Of a stretch of DNA of 64,000 nucleotides, positions 15,930 through 28,439 are shown piece by piece. Source of the DNA: Ramazzottius varieornatus (taxonomy: Eukaryota; Animalia; Tardigrada); the NCBI GenBank assembly GCA_001949185.1, contig BDGG01000018.1:434001-498000 (forward strand), written 5' to 3'. Positions within the stretch are counted from its first letter, which is position 1, and every line of letters begins with the position of its first letter. The notes below the pieces were generated by a model, which was not told the DNA's origin, searched no databases, and saw only the letters and a program-made list of their open reading frames with translations. A program made the position numbers and the translations under genes.

Positions 15930-17057
15930 ATGTCGACGACGGTATCCTACTTCGACCGACAGATCAAATTTGTCATCGACTGGACCGTCCCCTCCTTCTC
16001 CACTCTCAAAGCCCAGACCGAGCCCATGTACTCTGCCACAACCACCGTTGGCACGTCGACATGGTGCTTGGCTTTGTACCACCGGGATCTAGACGGAGCA
16101 GAGGTTGATCTGATCAAAACCACGGGGCTGTACTTGGAGCACACCTTTAACGGAACGGACCATTATGAGATTCGCACGCAGTTTAAAATTGGGTAAGTCT
16201 GTCACTGACTTCGACCATGCGTACTGTACAGTAGGAGCAGGAATTTTGTTTCAGAGTTGTGAACGACGAGGACCAGTGATCGGACATATACATGTATGAA
16301 TGTAGCGACAGGTAAACGAGGGACTACGGTCTTTTCAACGCGAACAACGAAGTTTGGGGGTGTCCAGCTGTCTTTGAGCATAATGACATCTGGGGTCCCA
16401 AGGCCGGACTGATCCTCAAGAACGACAAGCTCAAGCTACGAGCTGAGATTGAGTACCTACCACCCAAAGATCCTCCACTGGACAAAGTTCTTCCCGAGGG
16501 AGCAGCCGAACCTTTGAAAAAGAAACTGAAGGTGCTGTCTGACTGCAACGTGGGGAAGGATTTCGTGCTGGTGGCAGCCGATGGGACCGAGCGTCTAGTT
16601 CACCGCTCAGTCCTAAAGGCCAATTCCCCCGTCTTCCAAGCCATGTTCGAAGCTGACATGATGGAAAGCAAGGAAGGTCGCTGTGAAATGCCGGACATCA
16701 CCACCCAGACGCTGGATCTACTGATCAACTTCATGTACTTTGACAACTCGCAGGCCGATTTGAGGGGAAAATGCCCAAGAAGTTCTGGTGGCTGCCGACA
16801 AGTATCAGCTGGATGAGTTGAAGGAAGCCTGTCAGCGTATACTAGTCAACGAAACCACGGATGAAACTGCAGCCCACCTGTTGATTCTGGCGGACCGTGT
16901 TGGCGCCTTGACCCTCAAGGAAGCTGCCATCGGACACGTGGTGACAAACATCGGCGCTATGCAGGAGAGTGGACAAGTCAAAAACATCTGCGTCGAAGGA
17001 GGAAGCGATCTTGCGCAGGCGCTCATTGGTGCTGTGGCTCGACTTGCAAAGGAATAA
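15930..17057 (+). pseudogene. SPOP-like MATH-BTB gene with inactivating lesions
   Basis: MATH (FVIDWTVPSFS...WCLALY...WGCPAVF...LILKNDKLKLRAEI) and BTB (DFVLVAADG...VHRSVLKANSPVFQAMFEADMMES...VAADKYQLDELKEACQ). In-frame TGA 16277-16279 and TAA 16313-16315, plus a +1 frameshift at GGGG 16764-16767. Confidence 0.75.
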
Positions 17058-17205
17058 GTCATTTTTGAATTTCGACTCTTCAAAATCAAATGCTTGTTGC
17101 TTTCTTCCATATTTTGTGGCCCTACTTGCCGAATAATGTCTTCCTCACGATTATCAATCTTCAGTATTTGGCTTTTTTTGCACGTATGGTCGTTTTGTAC
17201 GAACT

Positions 17206-18031
17206 TTATCCGATCATCACTCGTTTTCTTCCACGAAGCCGTACTTCATGGAATGTGGACAGTATTTCCTTGACATCCTTCTTGCAAGCTCTGAAATAAC
17301 AGTCTAGCAAATGGGTGAAAAGTTTCTCAGTGTTTGGGTGCGTGCTGAGGAAAGCTCGCTCGAGGACGTACAGGTCGACACTCTTATCTTCGGGACTATG
17401 ACTGACATAGCCCAGACCGAAATCTATAAAGTAAACGTTTAGATCGTCGTGAGGAGCTGTTAGGATGAGGTTGGAGGTCGTCAGGTCTCCGTGGATCATG
17501 TCGTTGTCGTGAAGACGCGCGATATTCCGCCCGATGATTTCCACCAGCAAATGCAGCTTCTCGCAAGTTCCCTCTGTCATACCCAGCAGCCTCGCACTAA
17601 CGTACTCTTTTACAGTGACGGAACCGGGAAAATACTGAACGCAAAGACGGCTGGTGTTGTAATCTGCGTAGTAAACTGTGGGAGCTTTCAAACCTGCAAT
17701 ACAAGTAACAAACAAGAAAATTCTAGACAGTTCACTAAAGCGACGCATAACGTCAGAAAAACAGCGGAAGAAAAGCTGCGCTCTGCCAAGATAGTGCGCG
17801 GGCTAAGCTGGGGGATGAGTAGAACGGTTACGTACCGGCGTTCTTGCAGCGCGTCAGCATGCGAGCTTCGGACTTGAACCTTTCCTGTGTAAGATGCTGG
17901 TCCAGGGTCGGATGTCGGTACTTCTTCGGGAAACGCTCCTTCACGACGGCTGGGTAACCGAGAAAATCACCACGATACAACTTACCTTCGGCACCTTGCT
18001 TCCACAGCACGAAGTCGGATAAGTCTTCCAT
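17206..18031 (-). CDS. TP53RK: EKC/KEOPS complex kinase TP53RK/Bud32, 2 exons
   Basis: KQGAEGKLY, VVKERFPKKYRHPTLD, IHGDLTTSNLIL, FIDFGLG, EDKSVDLYVLERAFLSTHP, EVRLRGRKRVMIG*. Confidence 0.96.
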
Positions 18032-18515
18032 CTCCGGACTTTGACTGCCAGTAAAGGATCAGTACGGCACGTATTACAGTAGACGATCCGAGATGAAGAG
18101 GCCAGCCTAGTGAGATGCTCCGAGAAGAACCGTTCTGGCGAGGATACTGTACCAAACTGGAAGAAGCAAATTACCAAAACGTCGGAAACTAGCGATTAGG
18201 CCACCCTTCATAATTCCGCAAGTTTTCCGAATGTTTGGATTTTGAGCAGAATTAAGTTTTAATGTGAACCACAGCGAACTTTACAGGGTGCGTTACATGT
18301 CCAGTATAAACCGTGTGGGTAGTGCTTGATTCTTGATCAGTCAATATGCCAGTTGTTCCTGTGCCAAAATCTTTTTCCTCGGTTAAGTAATAGATTCTCT
18401 GTCTGGATTCTATGGAATCTCGACCCCAAATTCCTCTGGTTGTTATCCGTCTGGCCTCAGCTACTTAAGCAAATCCCGGGGGCTCTGAAAAGCGTTGCCT
18501 GCGGACCGTCGAGCC

Positions 18516-19222
18516 ATGGAGCAGGTCCTAGCGCGTCAGCTGCTGGAGGCTGGGAAAGTGGTGGAAGCACAGTTGGACAACGAGATCAAGCGTCTGGATA
18601 AACTAGTTGTCAACGAAGATGACCTGGAGGAGCTGCGGGAAAGACGGTTACAAGCCATGAAGAACGATGCCGTCAAGAAGCAGGTGAGAATGGACAGATA
18701 TCCAAGCCTGAGTTGTGTCTTATGTTTTATTGATTTTAGGAATGGCGGTCGAACGGACACGGAGTTTACACCGAGCTGCCCGACGAGAAAGAATTCTTCC
18801 AGGCAGGCAAGAAGAGCAACAAGCTAGTCTGTCACTTCTACCGTCCCACCACGCTACGCTGCCAGATTGTTGACAAGCACTTGCAGTTGTTGGCGCCTCA
18901 GCATCTCGAGACGCGCTTCGTCAAAATCAACGTGGAACGCTGTCCCTTCCTAGCCCAACGACTCCGTATCGTCGTCATCCCTACCATCGCTCTTGTCATC
19001 GATGACAAGATTAAAGACTATATTGTAGGTTTTGACGATCTCGGTGGCACAGATGAGTTCTCGACGGCCATGATGGAGTGGCGACTGGCAAGAAGCAAAG
19101 CCATCAACTACAGCGGCGATCTCAGTCAGCCTCCTGATATCAAAGGTCCACCTTCTGTCCTCGGCATCAGCAAGAACAAGAATCTTCGTTCCAAGAAACA
19201 TGAATCTGATGATTCTGAGTGA
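18516..19222 (+). CDS. TXNDC9: Thioredoxin domain-containing protein 9 (phosducin-like 3), 2 exons
   Basis: [15 protein letters not shown] | [20 protein letters not shown]...[19 protein letters not shown]...[17 protein letters not shown]...[17 protein letters not shown]; intron ~18683-18740. Confidence 0.93.
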
Positions 19223-19574
19223 TGAAACTATTTCCCCTTTTCTTAAAGAAGGTTTTCCGTTTGTCATCCCACAGGAAATATTACTGTTCCTCTTGTTTCA
19301 TGTTATGTTAAATGTCATGTCATATGTCATACCGTAATGGCTAATAATCGGACAAGTTCTTTTATGAGTTCTGAACTTCTGATCATCTTCGGAGCTCGCA
19401 CCTTGAGATGACAAGCATAAAAAGCCTCGCAGAATATTAACATGCCAAGAAAAAATAGAAATCATATCTGAGCTGGGAAGAGGAGGTAAAATTCGAAGAG
19501 AATACTGTTTCAAAGATGCAGGACTCCACAAGGTAAAAATCGATAAAAATCTTCCCGCAAACGAAGCTAAAACG

Positions 19575-22500
19575 TCAATGCTGATACCACGACGCAGTCG
19601 CGGTCTTACGTAGGACACGTTCAACAACAATAGTCTCTTCAGGGTTATAACGGGCATGATAGAACTCTTCGAGATCGTCGATTGCTTTCTCTTCCAGCTG
19701 AATCAGGTTCAACGGTCGTGACCGCGATTTCTGCAGCTCGACCAACTGCGCTTTCTCTTCTTCCTGAATCGACTGAAAGCTGTCTTTCAAGTTCAACGGT
19801 GCTTCAGGAAGAACTCGATCGCTTGTTGACGGCCACTGTCCGGGCGAAGTCGAAAGACTGACAGAAGGAGGCGATAAAGATGAAGACTGTGGAATACTCC
19901 AGGGAGAACTTCCAGTCCGTCCAACGCTCGCTGACTTTGACAAACTCACGCTCGGTAAAGGCAAAGGACTTTTGTTCAAGCTTCTTGTTTGAGACTGTTC
20001 TTGAGCCATCATTGCACTGAGAGAAGGAACCACCTGAGCGGAAGGAGCAGACGTTGGTTTTCCCCACGGATTACCTAAAAGCACAAACTGCATATTACAT
20101 CACGTAATTTCACACGTCATATTATATGACATCACACAATTACCTTTTGGTCGTTCATTTTTCTGCTTCTCCAGTTCTCTCAACCGAATTTCCTCCGCTG
20201 CTTTCTCGATGGCCATCTGTTCTTTTTCAAACTCAATCAGGTTCTGTCCGGTAAACTTCTTGTTACTTCGTTGTGTGCCTTTGGGAGGAGGTGTTCGAAG
20301 GTTGAGCTTCTGTGGCTGCTTGTCCACTTTGAAGACTTCCGACCGCCTCTGCTCCTCCATGATGGACGACAAGGCAGAAGGCACCGCATTCCTGTCCGTC
20401 AGAGCTTCGTGAATGGTGAGAGAAGGTGGTGAGGATGGAAGCGAGACTGAGGAAGGGGAAGGGTTGGAGCTCTCGTCGTCGGAAGACTCCCGGAAGGAAG
20501 TGTTGGGACTCCATGCTGAGACTTTCGGAGGCGTCTTCTCTGTTTTACCATTCTTTGAAGGAGCTCTGACTTCTATCTTGACAATGTTTGAAATTTCAGG
20601 ACTGACTCCACCCTTTGTTTTACCATTAATTGTTGGCTTATTTTGTTCTAAAATGTTATTGTTTTCGGTGTTTTTCTTCTTCGATTTCTTCTTGGATGAC
20701 TTGGCTTCTGAAAAGCCTCCTTCGTCGATATTCTCTTTCAGGGAGAAGTCTGACGGCTTCGGGCTTTCTTTTTCCTTCGCATGAAGGTGCTTGCTCTTGG
20801 GCGAGGCGTCGGTAGGTTTTTTCGAGAAGGACTTCCGGCTGGAAGGTGTGGGTTCGGGTTGTTCCAGCTCGCCGTCGTCCTCAACGTACTGACGAGGCTT
20901 AACTTGGCCCACGGTATCCCAGTCGATACCTGGAATGTAAATCGGGGCGATTCCACGATATGAGAAGTCAAACCGCTCATGGTAGAGAGCTGTGAGGGTT
21001 GCAACAGCACGTTGGTCCAGATCCGACAAGTGCCTGGTTTCCACAAGCTCTGAAATTAAAAAGGAAGTAAGGAATGCACCGGTCAACAGAGAGTAAAGAC
21101 CTGCATACACAGTTACTAGTACAAAGTAGGAACCAATGTATGCAGGTGGAGGAAATAAAAACAATAACGCACCCGCACACACAACCCATGTTAGATATAC
21201 GGCACATTGTATGCAGGTGCGTGAAGTGTGAATTACGTACCAGGAAGCATGAAGACCATCAGCTGCAGACAGTCTTCCTTCAGCACCGTCGCGTTGTACA
21301 TATCAGCCATCTTGAACAACGGCCACATCTGGTCACTATTCAAGAACGGTTTAAAGTAAGTCGAGACCAAGTTCCTCAGGCCATCATACGTCAAAAAGTC
21401 CGCCAGCTTCAACAGCCCCACACACTCCTCCAATGTTCTCAGCGGTTCCCCTATCGTCTTCATGTACACGAACTCGACGAACTTTAGCCCAGTCTTCTCA
21501 TCACACGGTAGTACGGGTATTCTGTTCTTGTCAGAGTCCCGCCACCTGTTTCCCTCCAGAAGGTTCTCAAAGTAGAGCACTCGGGATGTGAGGATGGAAA
21601 TGTGGGCGTTGATCGTGACACCGTCCTCGTCACAGAGGAACTTGATGTCAGGCTCGACATCCCAAATACCTTTGGCTTTCGGGTAGAAGTCATTTCTAAT
21701 GCTTGGCCAGTCAGCCAAAGTAACAACTTTATCCAACGCATCGTCGAGCGTTTTCAGAGACTTGACTTTGCCATTTAAGTCAAGAACGGCCGGATATTCC
21801 CTATCAAGATACAAAAGTTGAGACCTAAGTTAGACCCAACGAGCCCACCAAGACTGTTCAATTTCATATAGCGCAGGCTTCTAGCTGACAAACCTATAAA
21901 CGTGAGCCACTTGAGTAAATAAACAAACTCGACCAGATCTTTTTCAAGTGGCGCACGCATTTAACCAACAACAGTGCAAAACGTGCGCTAGCTGGGAAAA
22001 CTATCTCTCGTTGAGTTGACTGTTTCTTACCTTTCATCCAACTGTACAAGTAAGTCTCGGAAGACTCGGCTCCCGGTCTGGAGGAACAGTTTCTCGGTGA
22101 GCAGACTGATACAGTCGTACGTCACCAAGACGGACGGGTTCGCCGAAGGAGCCTGGCGTTCCTGTGGATTTTTCTTCGATTTGGCCCATGTCAGCCAGTG
22201 CCGGTCAAAATTACCAGACCGTTGCGGTTGGTATCGAAATGGTGTGACCAGTTGGATGGCTGCGAAATTGCGGCCACCGGGCTCGGAGAAGACCTTCGTG
22301 GCTCGCCACAGCTTAGGAATCCGCTCGGCTTTCAGAACGGTGGAATATTCGCCCTTGGCGACTTTAGCTCGGTCGGAGGCAGTCAGCTTGAGCTCGTAAC
22401 ATTCGCCGAAGCTTGTTGAGCAGAGAAGCTTATCCGAACACAAACTGCAATTGACAGATGTTCAAAACAAGCAGATCGGAAATCGTGACGATCGAGCACC

Positions 22501-25059
22501 TGCATACACAAGCTGGTACATAATGCGCAGCAACCGCCTATGCAGATAAACGACGCGCACAAAATCACGCATCTGCATACACCAAAACCATACGCTTTCT
22601 TCGGTGATTATGTACGCAGGTGGACTGCCTCGAGAGACAGAAGTAAAGAAAGTTACCTGATATGGTATAGCGCGCTCATATCTCGAGGTACACCACCAAC
22701 GCTAATGGGTATCCAGCTTCCTTTACTCTTATCGACGTATAGCAGTGGCATGTCGAAGGCCAAAGCCACCACCACCAGGTCCCTACTCAACTTGGCTTCT
22801 CTGCCGGGAAGATCCATGTTTCCCCCGAAGACACAAATCTCCGTCAGCCTGTACGCTTCGCTACGGAGTACCCTCGACAATCTGGGCAACTTGGGCAACC
22901 TCTTGATCTCGTACTCATGCACCACCACGATCTCAGGCTGCTCTGTGGATGAGCAGATGACGACCGCCGCGTCAGAACAGCGAATGAACTTGGCTGGAAA
23001 AAGTCCTTTGACTTCGATCAGTTCTTTCGGGAGCGTTTGGTGTAGGTTAGCGCTGGAACTCTTCATATCTCGTTTCAGACCGAGCTGGCCGCCGTTGTAA
23101 CCACAGACAAACAGACAAGTCTGGTTCCAGAAAAGTGTGTGACAACGCTCGGCGGCGATACCGATGATACCCAGGTGAACTTGCGGACCTAAAAAAGATG
23201 AATTTTCCGTTAACTTTGTGGTTCACAAAATGGGCCGGCAAACAAACTCGGCCAAATCGCTGTCGCAAGTGGCGCACGTTTGCAGTGTTATTTGCCGTAA
23301 GCAACCGCCAATTGAAAAAACGATTTTGTCGAATGACTCGAATTTATATCTTTCCAGGTGGCGCACTTTTCCATTGTCCTTGGCTGAAGCGCGCGCCACT
23401 TGGGAAACCGGACTGTCTTGTCTGTTCGCCGAGCTCTCATTTTATTCATGGATGTTGAAAGGTGGGGACTGAATAGTTACCGGTGTGTTTCTTGGGTTGT
23501 CGCCATGAAGGACTCTGGAAGGTAGGAAGGACTGTCGGAAGCGGGACTTTGGCCGGTGGTGGTGCGAGTCCCAGTTGGTGGTACTGGTTCGACCCACAAA
23601 CGTAAACGAGACCCTCTTCGTCCAGGAAAACACTGTGATCGACACCAGCAGCCACCGCGACCATCTTCGAGTCGAACGGGAAGTCGATGCGGGTTGGAGC
23701 CAGGAGGGACTTTTCGGTGTTGACACCCAACCGTCCGCCATGTCCATGTCCACACCTATCAAAATATCCGTCAGATCAACCGGGGCTTACTTGTTGAACC
23801 GCACAGATCAAGGACCTGAATACACTGCCCGTACATTTGCGCACGACATCGCCGTATGCAGGTCAATAAACAAAATTTAAAGATGTAAAATGAGGGGTTT
23901 TACACAAAGACTCCGTTCGGTGTGAGGAAGATGGTGTGGTATTTCCTCAGGATAATGTCCATGACAGGTCGATCTAACGCTGTCAGGCCACCAGCGAACT
24001 GAGGAATGACGGTGAGAAGCGACGACGGTCTCCGCGTCCATCGCGCATCCCCGAAAGCATCCTCTTCTAACACAGATTCCAGTTGCTTCAGATGGAATTC
24101 TCCCTTCCCAATGTGCCTGAATATCTTGAGATCCTTGTTCCCGCAGTTCTCGCAGACATTATTGTCCGGGTCTGCTGACTTGTCTAGGAAAGTTGCGCGG
24201 AGTTTATCGGGAATATTCTTGTGTTGGTCATCGCCGAAGCCCAACGTGAAGTTGGAGTTGATCCCCCACGGATAGAAGGCCACGGGGTAGCAGTCTTCAG
24301 GCAGTGGCTCGGTTTGTTTCACGACTTTGTCTATACTTTGCTGTTCGTGGATGAGAAGCTGGACTGGTGTGAAACCGTCGTGGTCCCTCAGGGAAGTCTC
24401 GGCACCTTGGTCCAACAGGTAGGCAACGGTCGCAATCTCTGCAATGCCGTCACACCATTCAACTTAACTCCCAAGCGACGTCAAAACCATCGCTATACAC
24501 ATATGCAATATCATTACGTCATGCGCCAGTTCAACGAACCGTAGCCAATCAGGCAAAATGAGGCGGAACTTAACGATTAGACTGTACTACGATTGATTGT
24601 TGATTGACTAAACACAAGTGTTTGAAATTCGTTTTCACTTCCGTTCGAGAATCGTGCAACGGGAAGCTTTCTGGGCTGGAAGAAACGAGACTAACCTCCC
24701 TGGAAAGCAGCGCGATGGAGGGCAGACCATCCAGATTCCAAGTCTGGATCATCGAGAAGGACGCCTCTGTCGTGGTTGCTCCGATGATGGAATCCGCGAG
24801 ATCGAAGGTACCAGGCCAAAATGTCGATCTTCCCTAGCGCTGCCGCCAGATGGAACATGCTTTTCCCAGTGTCATCCTTCACCCTCCAAGGCTTGCCGGT
24901 CGAGCAGATGCAAGTGAGCAGTCGAATCAGCTGATCGGGAGTTTTGCAGCGCGTCACAGCGGCGACGATCGCGTTGCGATGCGCGGTCGAGGTACAGCCT
25001 GGCATGCAGTCAGTTGTCGGTGGAGGATGCGTTCCCAAGACTTTCTTCTCGGACGCCAT
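19575..25059 (-). CDS. IBTK: Inhibitor of Bruton tyrosine kinase homolog (ankyrin + RCC1 + BTB), multi-exon
   Basis: N-terminal DCMPGCTSTAHRNAIVAAVTR, ankyrin DLESGWSALHRAAFQG, RCC1 repeats (WGINSNFTLG; VAAGVDHSVFLDEEGLVYVCGSNQYHQLG), BTB (DIKFLCDEDGVTINAHISILTSRVLYF), C-terminal LNLIQLEEKAIDDLEEFY. Confidence 0.9.
21866..21993. repeat. Palindromic N27 element dimer (IBTK intron)
   Basis: Units at 21866 (N27) and 21946 (N28), linker AAACAAACTCGACCAGATC. Confidence 0.8.
23267..23401. repeat. Palindromic N27 element dimer (IBTK intron)
   Basis: Units at 23267 (N27) and 23356 (N26); outer end GCCGAGCTCTC ~23428. Confidence 0.85.
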
Positions 25060-25808
25060 TCTCGAGTTCCCGAAACAGAGACTCTGTGAAACCTAAAAGT
25101 GAAAATAAACAGTGAAGCGCACGACGACTCCGACCGAATTTCGAAGAGGTGGTCGAGACTTGGTCGAGCTCTCGAGGACGACAGAGGGATTGATCAAAGG
25201 AGAATGCTGACACAGTGGGTGAGGATGCGTGAAGCGAAGCAGGTGGTGGTAGTTATGCAATAGTTCAGAGATAAATTTAGAAGCATGAGCAGAAGGAAGA
25301 TCGTGCGAGAAGACGGAAGGATCCGAGATTAGAAGAACGAGAATGCTGCGCGAGCAAAAGTGGGAAAATGGAATTAACTTTGGAATTGGAAACGGCTTTG
25401 CGGAATTTAGCGCAGAGTCGTTAATGAAATCTGCTTCCGCCACGTGGCGCCAGCATCGCAGCTCTGTCGATCAAGGACTCAAATCTTTTCTGCTTTGCAC
25501 CACATTCATGATGGTAGATCGGCACACGACAGCCATTTCCCCGTCCATCAGAACTCTACTTCAACAGATTTTTTCGTAGAAACCATGCCTGTGATGTAAG
25601 ATGTCCACGGTGTGTACCTGATTACATCGACCGGAAATTGTGCAGCATGAGAATTACAAGGAAGAGAACTCGAAATGGTACCGTAGTGACAGTACAGCAA
25701 AACGAATTAATGAAAACCAAAGCCGTAGGAGCAGGGAAATTGATGTTTGCCCGATCGACCATCAGACGAAGTAGAGGAAAAAGCTGAAGAGATTTGCGGT
25801 TAGTCTGG

Positions 25809-27804
25809 CTACAGCTCCATGCTTTGTACAGAAGCGTCATCGACCTCATCCCCCTTATCTTCGTCGACCTCGTCGTCTCCGTCTGCACTTTCGTCCTCTT
25901 CTTCATCCTGGTCATCATCTTCGTCCAGATCACTGTCTGAAAGTTGCTTTCGGAAGGTTCGTACCCATCCCCGTTGGCGTATTTGAGAGAGGTGATCTTC
26001 CAAGTGAGGGTCCTTGCAATCTGCTGTGAAATAGCTGTACAACCATTTGCAAGGAGGTAGCTGCACTCTGGGAAGATGCTTGCCCTCTTGCTTGATTTGG
26101 GTGATGTACTGCCCGATGAATGCGCAGTCTCGCTTGTCCAACGGATACCCATACCGAAATCTGGGTGGTCCGCCATGGCTTCCCTAAAAATGGGGATGAT
26201 CTAAAAGCATACAGTGTCGTCCAAACACACAAAACGATCTTTACAGTGTAGTAAGAATACCTGTACGTCCGGCGGTTTTGATCCAAGAGGAAATTCATGA
26301 TTCCACTCGCCGACCTTTGTCTAGCTTTGTGAGACTCGTTCGGAGCCACTCAGTCTGTTTGGGGGGATACGGCCACCACAAGTCGAAAGACTCGACTGCC
26401 TTCACCACCTCACCAGCCAAGAACTTTCCTTTATCGGGGACTTAGTGCGACTCTGGGATAGTCAACTTTAGCCAGGGCACAAGAAGAGCCAAGTTCCACG
26501 TTGTCTTCCGGCCTGTGGCAACTTTGAAGTGCAGAAACGAGTCGACACTAGTGAAGGACTCAAGATACTTGAACATTGTGAAAATATAACTAGCCAGAAA
26601 ATCAGTAGGGAGGAAGTTTGTGCGGGTAACGGTCATATACTTCAGCGACTTAACTGAGGTCAGGCAGCCATTCCTTAAGTCACTAGGTGTGATGGCATAC
26701 GGAGAACATAACACCAGCCGGGTAACTTCGCTCTGGTGGCTGCGGTCCCTCCAGCTGGTCGGGGTTGAACAGAGCGCTCGAGAGGCACTTCTTTTCGGTA
26801 GAAATGTCCTCCTCCACGTATAGGCCTGGATATCTTCCCTTTGCTCGGTGCAGAGAGCCCTTCCACTCGTGACATACGCTGCAAATACATTGCGACTTTA
26901 ATGTCCTACAAACTTCGGTAAGCAGTGTTGTTCCGATACAATGTATTTTAATGCATAATGCAGAATTTAGTTCCGATATGGCCCGCTGCAGCCGTAGACT
27001 TAACATGGGCGACAGGATTTGAATTAGTTCCGCTGTCGCTGAACAACACTGTCGGTAAGGTAATGATACAAAAGTATGGTAATTCAGTGCTTCAAAGCAT
27101 TATCGGGAATTTATGATTTTATTCGAGCCTATGTTCCACTAATGAACTTTCGGATCTTACCGAGTCAAAGTCCTGCCTGCAGAAAATGGGGTTAGATTGG
27201 AGAAGACTTGGTCCTTTACATGAAGCGGCAAAACGTTCCAGAAATATTCGGTCTTGTCAAGCTCGTCCAATGCGTCTTTGGGCAGTTTCAGAAAGAATTG
27301 ATGGCCATGAAGTTTCTGTAACACGAAACGGCGGAGTGTCACTTTCGTTTGTGGTTTTTACTTTCTAGTGGACTGGGAAAGCAGTAGACAGCGCAGAGGA
27401 GACCTACCGGCAAGTGGTACTCGCCAAGTGCCATCTTCATGTCGACTTTACATCGAAACAGGACTTCGATGGCCTTTCGTCTTCCGTAGACCACCTCCTG
27501 TACGACACCCTTCAGTTCGATATCTTTGAAGAACTTGACAATGTCTCTAAACTTCATCCGACCACGCACGTGGCACAAGACCAGCTTCCATTCTCCAGCA
27601 GTCTGCAGCGGATCAGCTAGCGCTGAGCGACCAGCATCTGGGCGATCTCCCGACTTCTGAATCTTCCTTTGAGAACCAACAAAGAAATGGATTACTTTGC
27701 TGCAATCGTCCCACTGTACGCAATGGTTACATAGCTTCGAAGGAGCACTTAAATCGAAGCTACCTGGGATGCTGCACCGAAGGATCTAGAGTGTCCTTGT
27801 CCAT
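25809..27804 (-). pseudogene. Degenerate F-box gene (possible RRM-like N-terminus, acidic C-terminal tail)
   Basis: ATG in ACCGCCATGG context at 27804; spliced F-box-like LPLHVKDQVFSNLTPFSAGRTLTR|VCHEWK. Downstream frames do not join without a frameshift and stops (~26683, 26442, ~26297); ends in a D/E-rich tract. Confidence 0.5.
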
Positions 27805-28018
27805 GGCGGTTAATTTTCGGTCCCGCAGTCTTCCAGATTCTTCCATGTCTGCTGCAGAACGCGATGGCTTGCTTGTCGTGCACTTTTCCTGCAACACGAA
27901 GGCTGGCTTATTCCCAATAAGTATTCACCAGCGTCCTCAACGTCAAAATCTTAAACCACAGTGGAAAGTAAAGAAAGGGAAAACGGCTGCCTACGAAAAG
28001 TCCAAAACCCGCTCACTA

Positions 28019-28047
28019 GCACGCGTTCGCACGCGTTCGCACGCGTT
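28019..28047. repeat. Short tandem repeat (GCACGCGTTC)x3
   Basis: gcacgcgttc gcacgcgttc gcacgcgtt, between the two head-to-head decayed genes. Confidence 0.9.
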
Positions 28048-28439
28048 TATCCTACCAACAATATCGAAATTGCGATATCTAGTCTTTCACAGGCGGACCT
28101 TACCAAGCGTGCAGCTGTTTGTAGAGTGCACGTCTAGTCTTAGCTGCGCACCACGTGGTAGTTGTGGCCAACCAGCACGTTGTGGGTGCGCACGGTGGGG
28201 GCGCGTGGAAAAAAGATTGGAACTAGTGCGCGCCCACCTTCCCCAGTTCCCCGGTTGTCGTCCAGTGGTTGCCTGACGTCAGTGGCTTGCCCTTGGCCGA
28301 GGGGTCGAGTCGATCGGCCCAAACTATACCGCCTAAGTTTGCGTCAGAATCCGTTTTCGGACTTTCTTGACGGAAGCTTTGAATTCCTTGAACTTTTTTC
28401 GGTGTGATTGTCGCCAAGGATGAACTGGACGAGGCGAAG

